From contig JAKMXF010000317.1 of NCBI GenBank assembly GCA_024704765.1, positions 1-64,000 on the forward strand: DNA of 64,000 bases. Reading direction: 5' to 3'. Shown here one piece after another: positions 55,717 to 64,000 of this stretch. How positions within the stretch are numbered: position 1 is the stretch's first letter; every line of letters begins with the position of its first letter. The translations under genes were made by a program, and so were the position numbers. The notes under the pieces were generated by a model, which was not told the DNA's origin, did not search any database, and saw nothing but the letters and a program-made list of their open reading frames with translations. Source of the DNA: Oopsacas minuta. Lineage: Eukaryota; Animalia; Porifera.

Positions 55717-56211
55717 AAAGTTCTACTAAAATGTCTACAGTCGAAATTTGAGAGAAAAATTGCAGAATTTGATCGAAAATGGAGAAAAAACAAAAAAAAA
55801 ATCCAACGATACGCCATTATACAAAGATTAGCAATAATCAATCCAACAAAACTCCATCCAATTATAAAATTAGCATAAATTTCACACTCACTTTATATTT
55901 TATTAGTTAGAAAGAGTACCATTGGGAGGGGATTGGGGATTTATTTCGCTACCTTATGGCTCTGGGAGTATTTATTTGTGTTCGTTATTAGCTACTAAAG
56001 GACGGGAGTGTGGAATTTATGCTATTTTATGATTGAATGGAGTTTTTTGGATTGATTATTACTAATCTTTGTAAAATGGCGTATCGTTGGACTTTTTTGT
56101 TGTATTTCTCCATTTTCGATCAAAGTTCCCATTTTCGATCAAAGTTCTCATTTTCAATTAAAATTCTACAAATTTTGATTAAAGTCCGATTGGAGAATTT
56201 TAGTAGATCTT
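55717..56211. repeat. Hairpin (foldback) insert: arms ~55717-55890 and ~56006-56211; spacer also present at ~11780-11940
   Basis: AAATCCAACGATACGCCATTATACAAAGATTAG vs CTAATCTTTGTAAAATGGCGTATCGTTGGAC. Spacer ATTGGGAGGGGATTGGGGAT..CTGGGAGT resembles 11788 ATTAGGAGGGGATTAGGGAT..CTGGGAGT. Confidence 0.8.
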
Positions 56212-57149
56212 TGTTCAAAATTTCCCTTTTTCACCATTTTGATTCAAGTTCGACATAAGAAAATTTGATCAAAGTTCTACAAAAATTTCGAACTAAATAT
56301 ACAGATCCGAAAGAATGAGTTCTCAATTTGTTAGTGTTATATATCAGCTATCCCTATTTATTGATGAAATTGAATAACAATACGTACACTGAATTTACTT
56401 CTCCATTGGATACTTCACAAAATGATACTATTGAATTAAAAATACAGAAATTCTGAAACGTTATAACGAAAATTAATATTTTTCAAAAATACATTCATCC
56501 GAATCGCTGTGCTCCATGTACTCAATGTCAAAAAATGTATAAGTGGGCGCCTTTGGGCGGGTCTAGAAATAATTGAGAATGAAATGTAGAAAGATATACT
56601 ATGCGAAATTGTCGGCAATTCAACTCGCAATATTTGCATTGTAAGATCGGGTACCTAAAAGGTAGGTCAAGGAGCTGAAATATGGATAAATAGACGGCCA
56701 AAATATTTAAGAATGAAATAACAAGCATTTACTTTGTTTTGCAAACGAGTTAAAATTAATCACATAATGCATACGAATACTGTTAAATGCCATTCAATTA
56801 CCGAAATCCTGGAATGCTGAAATATCGTAAAGGCATTGAGGAATACATATTGGTGGTTTTTAGGTTTCAAATTTCAAATTTTGGCCTAAGTTTGAGACTT
56901 TGGTTAGATATGTTATAAAATCATCATATAACTAATAATAGAATATTTCTAGGTTTGAAATAGTGTAGAATCGAATGTACATATTCATTTTGGACAATAA
57001 CGAGGTGCAATTTTCACTTATTACCGCATATTTCCACATTGTGTAATGTCTGTTAGTAGGCTTAGGTTAGCTATAAGTAGGAGCAGTTATACTATCAGAA
57101 TGTGTGTCTAATTAGTTTGTTATTTCTATATACTATTTACTCAGTATTG

Positions 57150-57850
57150 CTTTAGCATTATGCTATAGTCTTGAACAACCCCCAGGTGCGAACATTTGAA
57201 AGGTTGGAAAAATTGTAACAACTCTAAGGAATAGAAAGGTATTAGTATTACTGTTTTGTAACTTAGAATTATCCCGACCTGTTACTAAGGCACCATAGAT
57301 TCTAACCACTTTTGATCAGTTGAGAATATCCCATTTAGGAACGGTACAGCAACAGCAATCTCTCCAAACTTAACTGTTTCATTTCAACATCCAATATTGC
57401 TAATTGAACTAACTTATTAAGGCAAGGCCCATCAACACTCTTTCTTAAAGCTGGATGACTTTCAATTATAAGAAATATATCATACGTTATACTGACAGAT
57501 TGGTAGACACATTCGGACGGTTTTTAAGCGAACCTCTATCCAGCATATCGATTAATGAAAAACCTGTGTAATTGAAAACTATATTGTCTTTGGAGAAGTT
57601 AAAATGATTGACAGTCTGAACATTCCATTGATTGTTATAAATAAGAGAATACGACATAACCTGCTATAAATAAGAGTCTATCTGTAACTTTAAAAGACAA
57701 ATTTTGCGATTCCTTCCATCTCATTTAGATAGTAATCAAAATCAGCATGGATATTGTTTTCGTCAGTATTGTCCTCTACAAACACTTTTAAATATTCTGT
57801 AAGAGGTATGGATTTGCCTATTCAGGGCATTGTTGTTTGTTGTAAAAACT
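57150..57850 (-). mobile_element. P-element/THAP9-like transposase C-terminal remnant
   Basis: Minus-strand LLFIAGYV (~57653-73), ECSDC and LIDMLDRGSL (~57526-43), matching the YIAGYV..CxxC..DRGGL pattern. Confidence 0.6.
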
Positions 57851-58001
57851 TAAGATAATTTGATATCTCAAACCAAGGTCACTTTCAAAAATTTGACAAT
57901 ATATGATATTGTGAACCAGACATTTGTCGATAGAGCACAAAGTGGTGTTCTAAATTGTCAATATGAATTCGCGATGTCAATAAATACTCAAAACCACACT
58001 A

Positions 58002-60052
58002 CAGTGGAACCTCGAGAACTGGGGCACCCGCGTAGTGGGGCACCTCCCGAAGTGGGGCGCTTTGTTTTGATAATATTTTTTGTTTTTATGCTCTCTCTTT
58101 CTCTCTGTGATTGTATGTGAGTATGTGTGTGTGTCATCATCATCTCAACATTTCAACACAATCTTTTCGATTTTTTCTCCAAAAACTAGAACTAAGGTTT
58201 GAGCACTGCGGGATGTTTGTTTCAAGAAATGAACATACATCTTCATTATACGATGTAGTTCATATTCATTTTGTAACATGAATTGAATAATGCACGCATT
58301 CGACGTCTCGGTATTTTTTTATTAGTCATTCTATATCACCTGTATGTCTTCCTCATCCAAACCACATCTTAATCTCGAACAGCGTTCGAAGATCCTCAAA
58401 CTGTCCGAGGAAGGCTTGGCCGAACGAGCGATAGCCAGAGAGATGGGAACTAGCAAAGGGACCGTCGGCAGTTGAAGCGGCAGCAGAAGGATGATATCGA
58501 GAAGCCCAGGAACGAACAAGACGAAATACCAGATTACCTCAAGAAAAGGAAGATCGTACAGATCAACCCGCAGTATGAAGACATCGAAAATGCTGTGGTG
58601 AGCTTCAGTGAGTGGGCGAGGAAGAGGGGGTATGTCGATCATTGGTCCCATGTTGATGGAGTTAGGCAAGCGAGAAGCGACTAAACATGGCATCAACAAC
58701 TTCAAAGCTTCAGAAGGCTGGCTTGATAAGGTGAAGAAGAGACACGGGATTGTGGAAAAGAACTTGAGTGGAGAGGCAGTTGCTGTGGACAAGATTTTGG
58801 TTAAGAACCGGATGGAGGAATTGCCTGATATATTGAATAAATATGGGATGAAGACGTTTTAAATTCGACGCGACCAGCCTAATCTTCAAGCAAGCCACGA
58901 AGATAATCTCTGGTCATGGCTGGGGACAGTGGTCACGGGAAGAAGGGTCTGAAAGAATGGCTGACTGTTCTCATCTGCTGCTCATGGATGGGGGAGAAGA
59001 AAAAGCTTTTTGATGATCGGAAAGGCAGTGAACCCGAGAGCTCTCAAAGGCGCCAATATTGGAAAGTTGCCTGTAATTTACCAGTCACAGAAATCTGCAT
59101 GGATGACTGGTCGCATATTCGAGGAGTGGCTTCGAGACTTCAACTGTAAGATGAACGCTCAGGGCCGAAACGTGCTGCTCACCATGGACAATGCAGGGGT
59201 ACATAATATGCGTGATATTCCGCTAAATGCAGTCAAGCTCGTGTACCTCCCCAAGAATACTAAGTCGTGCACTCAGCCATGTGACGCAGGGATATTTCAA
59301 GCTCTAAAACTGAAGTACAGAGAGCAGCTCCATCCATATACTCGGCAGCCTATCTAGCGAGCAGACCGCTGATGACGACCCCCTCAAGGCCATCAACATC
59401 GCATTGGTCATGGTGTGGGTTTTTTGGGCCTGGAAAAAAGTCGAGAAACGTACAATTTCGAAGTGCTTCGCCAACCGCGGATTTTTTAAGGTTGGTGTAG
59501 TGGCCGATCCCGCTACTGCGATGAAGTTCGGGTTATGCGATGAGTTGGAACAGGAGGAACTGGACATGCAGGTCCGGGATGATGATGATAAGGTTTTATT
59601 CCCTCTCCAAGAGACTCCGGAGGCTCTATTCGACTGGCTGTGCTTGATAACTCTACAGTTGAGGACTTCGGAGAAGACAAAATGGATCTCAGCGATATCG
59701 GAGAAGTGGAAGAAACCGCCCCTGATGCCCCAAGGAACTCCGAGGCTCTCGCTGCCATCAGGTCACTGCAAATGTACACCATGTTTCGTGGAGATGAAAC
59801 GCCATCGGTGATACTATTGACCTGCAGTGGTACAGCCAACTCATCACAGACCGAATGGCCTCTGAGCTTCGTCAGACGAGCATCACTGAGTTCTTCAACG
59901 ATTCTGAACAATGATATTAACTTGACTGGTGATTGACTGTAACTGTGAATGCTTAATGTGAACTGTATATCTACCACCCATGCGTTGCGTTTGGAAATGT
60001 GGGACATTTTAAAGACTCTCGCGAATTAGGGCACTCTCCCGAACTGGGGCAT
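58002..60052 (+). mobile_element. pogo/Tigger-like element with frameshifted transposase (ATG 58344); right TIR not found
   Basis: TA|CAGTGGAACCTC left end; HTH, FKASEGWLDKVKKRHGI (CENP-B-like), NVLLTMDNAGVH, LPKNTKSCTQPCDAGI. Confidence 0.88.
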
Positions 60053-61475
60053 ATTTTAATTAAACTTAGGTATACGACTGTTTGATGATTATCTTATGCT
60101 CAATGGTATAACTTAATAGTCCTGCAGCTGTCGATTCAAGAAAAACTTTGAGAGCCAAGCTTACGTTATAACGCTCCAATTTTTATGGTCAGCAGGCTTT
60201 GGAAGTCAATTTGGAGCTCTCTTAAGGACTGGTTTGGCTTGTACATGTTTCCAAGATCTTCATATACAGAAAACAAATAGGAGGGTATTTTGAATTAGCC
60301 ATTCCCGAGGATTCAAATGTGATTTTGCTAACGAGTATGGATATAATTAACTGGCTACAGGCTGGAGCTGGATTCATATCATTATTTAGTGTGTTTGGTA
60401 GCAATTGTCAAATTGATGAAAATAAAGGTCTATAATAGTCTTTCAATTTAAGCCAGTTGTTACGAATGCTTTGAATAATATGAACAATGTCAAAATTAAA
60501 TATAATATTTCGATTTGGATTACATGGGCGATCAACTTTAGTAAATGATGTTTTAATATCCTGGGAAAATTTAAACTAACTAACATCCAAGGGGTAGTTG
60601 CCAGTTCAAATTGCTTCTACGAATAAATTACAACTTCGAAATCAATAATCGTGATTTACCAATTGGATAAAGTTCCTTGGCCGAAAAAGAACCCAAAGGA
60701 ATTAGGCGTACTATTCTCATCAAACTTGAAATTATCATTGCAAGTACAGTTTTGTACAATCTTTCTAATTAATAGGCTTATTTACCCAGTTTCCCAGCCG
60801 CATATGAACGGATCCAACTTAGTGATTCAGGTTGTAATGCGAGTATAAACGCGTTTACTGTTATAGGTACCTTTGAATCTATACGCTAGTGATATAGGAA
60901 CGGGATTAGTGACATGTATGCTCCTGGGTGTGGGAGGATGTGAAATATACAAATGAATAGTTGCAGTGGGACTTTATATGCATTGTTTTGGTTCGTTTAC
61001 ATATAAACTGTCTGCAAATAGTTACCACATCGTTGAACTAGTTCTTCAGTTTGTTGTTGTCAAAAGTAGACACAGAGCAGGATAGATTTGAACTCTCCAA
61101 ATTATATCATGAGACAATTTGTTTTAAGAGTAAAAGTATTTGGAAACAGTTTGTGTGCAAACGAAAGGAAAGTGAAATATTGAGTGGAGATTCCTTAGAG
61201 AAACAGTTATAGGTAAACAAACCGAAACACAAATAGGGGGGGTAGTACAAATACAAAAACTCAAATTGTGGATAAAAACTCCAGACAATACTCAAGAGCA
61301 AGTTTTACTCCAATCCAAACAAATCATGTCCACGGTAAGAATAGACCAAAAAGTATGTCCCCAGCAAGAATAGTGAACAAAAATTCGAAATACAACCATA
61401 GATGGCTTAGAATTACTAATACATAATATGAACAAGTGTTCATTTGCATATTAGTACAATTATTGTGTTATTTGC

Positions 61476-61600
61476 AGTGGCGTATCCAGGATTATAGTGA
61501 GGGGAGTGTTCTGGACCAAGCGACGCTAAGGGGGGTCGGTGGAAGCCCCCCAGAAAATTTTTTGAAACTTAGATGCTCAAACATCGATGTACAGCTATTC
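61476..61600 (+). mobile_element. Left end fragment of a hAT-type MITE
   Basis: CAGTGGCGTATCCAGGATT..GGGGG..CCCCCAGAAAATTTT is a typical terminus; no right end seen. Confidence 0.5.
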
Positions 61601-62599
61601 TTGTCACATAGTAGGAGGAGCTTAATATTAGTTGTACCAAAGTTTTTCGATATTTATGTTTAGAGTTTGTTACGAAATTTTATTAATACTATTTAGTGAA
61701 TATACAATTAGTCTGCTAATACATTAGTTATCTGGAGTTTTCTGGGATATCGTCTGGAAAATTCATCAATAACTTCAGAAATATCTACAGAAATTTCATA
61801 GTGTTGAGCATAAGAGCTAATTAAGTGAGGCGATTCGTCCCCATCGATAATCGTAAGAAGCTTTGTATTCGTTTCAAAGAATTAAAAGATCTCTCTGCCG
61901 TACAACTGGAAACGGGCAATGTGAAAAGAATACAGAGCACGTTCGAATGTTGGGAACATAGTACTAGCATGTCGAAGGGCATAACTTAGAGTGCTTGGTA
62001 GACATGCTTGTCCATGTACTTCGAGTTCTTTCATCCAATTCATCCACTAGCAGTGTATCTCGGCTCCAGGACAAACAAGTGATTGAAGGTCTTCTTAATA
62101 CATCTTAGCCAGTTGAAACCAGGTATGAGGGGGTGTTTGAACACCCAAATCCCCTCCCTGGATATGCCACTTATTTGTAATACCCCATCCCAATGTTTAT
62201 CTCTGGGGTAATTCTCAATCACTGGTTTGCCAACGGAAGTTGCCATTGTGCTGTTAACAGCAAACAACCAAATTTCACGTTCACAACATTATTTATCACA
62301 TGACTTCTAATAATAGCAGAGGTGATTATATATTTCAAGCCACCTTAGGTGGCAATCTTTCGAGGGAATACTAACATGTATTTAGATTACTCCGTTTGTG
62401 AATGTTACCAGTTTCAATATCCTTAGAAGTGCTTATGCTAACATTTAGCAAGTCTGTGATGTAGTGAATATAATTTAACCATCACTAACAAAGTAATACT
62501 ATAACTACTTAGTATTTACACCTAAATTACACAACAGTATACATTTCTCTGATGCTCTTCACGATGCTGTTTCGGATGTTTCCTTTATTCCTTCTTCTC

Positions 62600-63340
62600 C
62601 ACAGGACTCGATAAGGTGGGATTCTTGCAAATTTGGATTTGTTGTTTGGCCTCTTCTTCGTCTTTTCTTGACGACTCCTCTACCAAGGACTTTCTAACCA
62701 ATGTGTATGGGTACCGTCAATTGGATTCACAAAATTCTCAGAGTGGTTCACAATGTGATGTTCATAGCCTGAGCTGGGACAACAATATTTGCAGCCCATT
62801 CGTCTGAGTGGATGGTAGTTCCAGGTCATACATATCACAGAATGATGGGAAGTAGGTTTGTACCTGAGCCATTGGGAACTAGAATCATCAGAACGCTATC
62901 GTGCCTTGTTCAAATATAGCGAAAACCCATTGACCAGTGAGTAATCTACCACAATTATATTATTATCCCCAAATTTCGATTCATCAATCTTCACCATTGC
63001 TTCAGGTCCGCTTATTGTCCCCTGATTAATTATTGGATCCTCAATGCAATCATCTCTCATAAAACTTTTCCAGTCCACAAAAGTATTGGGGCCATTCAAC
63101 TGTTTCTCAAGAAATTCGCGAGGTTGTATATCTTCACTCCAATAATACAAGGACTGTAATAGAGAGGGAAGAGATAGAATTGAAGCCTTGAATAAGGTTG
63201 CATAATGGAGTGAGCATGTTGTCTTACACACTCTACATCTCCATTTCAAATTGTCCTTTGATTCGGTGACTGCACCTAAATACATTATTTAGCTGCATTT
63301 GCACTGGACTCCGCGTGTTAATAAGTCATAATACTTAAGC
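62600..63340 (-). pseudogene. Second, distinct Merlin/ISXO2 transposase remnant
   Basis: WRCRVCKTTCSL, SGPEAMVKIDESKFG and PGTTIHSDEW, with stops and frameshifts. Confidence 0.8.
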
Positions 63341-63389
63341 CAAACAATAGTATTTTCCAGAGATGTCAACTTAAAGAGGTCGGAGAGTA

Positions 63390-64000
63390 CAGGGTGGCTG
63401 CTAAGTTCTGATACAAAGGATTTCTCCATTATATTTTTACAACTTGGAATATAATGTTAATATTGCATATACGACTATTTACTACTGTTATGATTCAATT
63501 ACTAAAATAGTTATTCTATATAGTCTCCTTTTTTGGAAATTTCAGCCTTGAGTCTTGTAGGGAAACTTTCCACTGCGGCACGCAGGGTTTCCTGGGGTAT
63601 TTTCTCCCATTCGCTATATAAAGACTTTTTCAGGGACTTTATAGTGCTGCGTGAAACTGAACAAGCCCTATTCTCCAAGATGGACCAAAGAGAATAGTCC
63701 ATTGGATTTAAATCAGGACTATATGGATGCCATTATTCTTTTCGGATAAAATCGGGGATTTTGCCATCTAACCAGTCCTGTGTGGTAATCGCCGTATGAG
63801 CAGGAGAACCATCTTGTTGGAAAACAAATGGCTGTCCGAAAAACATTGTCTGGCTCAGATCTTTTACAACAGGTTCTAGGATCAAGTCCTTGTAAGTTTT
63901 CGCGTTGATTTTCACTCCAGCAGGTACGAAAATCAATGGCGTGCGGCCAACAGCAGAGACACGAGCCCAAATCATCACTGAGAGAAGTTTCATTTTCCGA
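63390..64000 (-). mobile_element. maT DD37D element, 3' part (runs off the window)
   Basis: TA|CAGGGTGGCTGCTAAGTTCTGA; QQD(GSPAH...SPDLNPM)D spacing counted as 37; one in-frame stop. Confidence 0.9.

Larger units (their letters stand above)
46551..56308 (-). mobile_element. Foldback/NOF-like MULE composite element; right arm interrupted by two inserts
   Basis: Inner arms 46701-47150 vs 51983-52434 (~96% by hand count). Outer arm 46551-46700 matches 55665-55715 plus 56207-56308 (~80%). No TSD identified. Confidence 0.75.

Noticed and set aside
60696-60745. KELGVLFSSNLKLS resembling CR1/L2 reverse transcriptase
   Set aside because: Too short and isolated to support a feature call.
61668-62288. 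Possible solo LTR (TGTTACG...CACAACA)
   Set aside because: No TSD (GAGTT vs TTATT), no second copy, no PBS or PPT seen.

Overview
AT-rich eukaryotic (animal) genomic DNA with short GT-AG introns; no prokaryotic features. The gene style (intronless housekeeping genes, intronless helical + NHL/beta-propeller ORFs) gives the impression of a glass sponge, but that is unverified inference. Host genes: a CENP-C/Mif2-like cupin terminal exon missed by the ORF track (5679-5999), three in-phase PDZ-like exons (7927-8494), an intronless helical + beta-propeller ORF (9044-~10986), a multi-exon ACSBG-type acyl-CoA synthetase that is 5'-truncated and frameshifted (~12990-18132) with an antisense NHL pseudogene in an intron, intronless PSMB3 (30637-31254) and an intronless p70 S6 kinase (42748-44181, minus). 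Most of the rest is DNA-transposon sequence: mariner DD34D, three maT DD37D, pogo, hAT elements and MITEs (several with exact 8-bp TSDs), two Merlin elements, Helitron-like repeats, and Transib, P and Ginger-like remnants. The most striking structure is a ~9.8-kb Foldback/NOF-like MULE (46551-56308). It has ~600-bp inverted arms and a transposase in frame with a C-terminal OTU domain, and its right arm is split by a long-TIR Merlin element and a second hairpin. All coordinates, translations and identities were read by hand.
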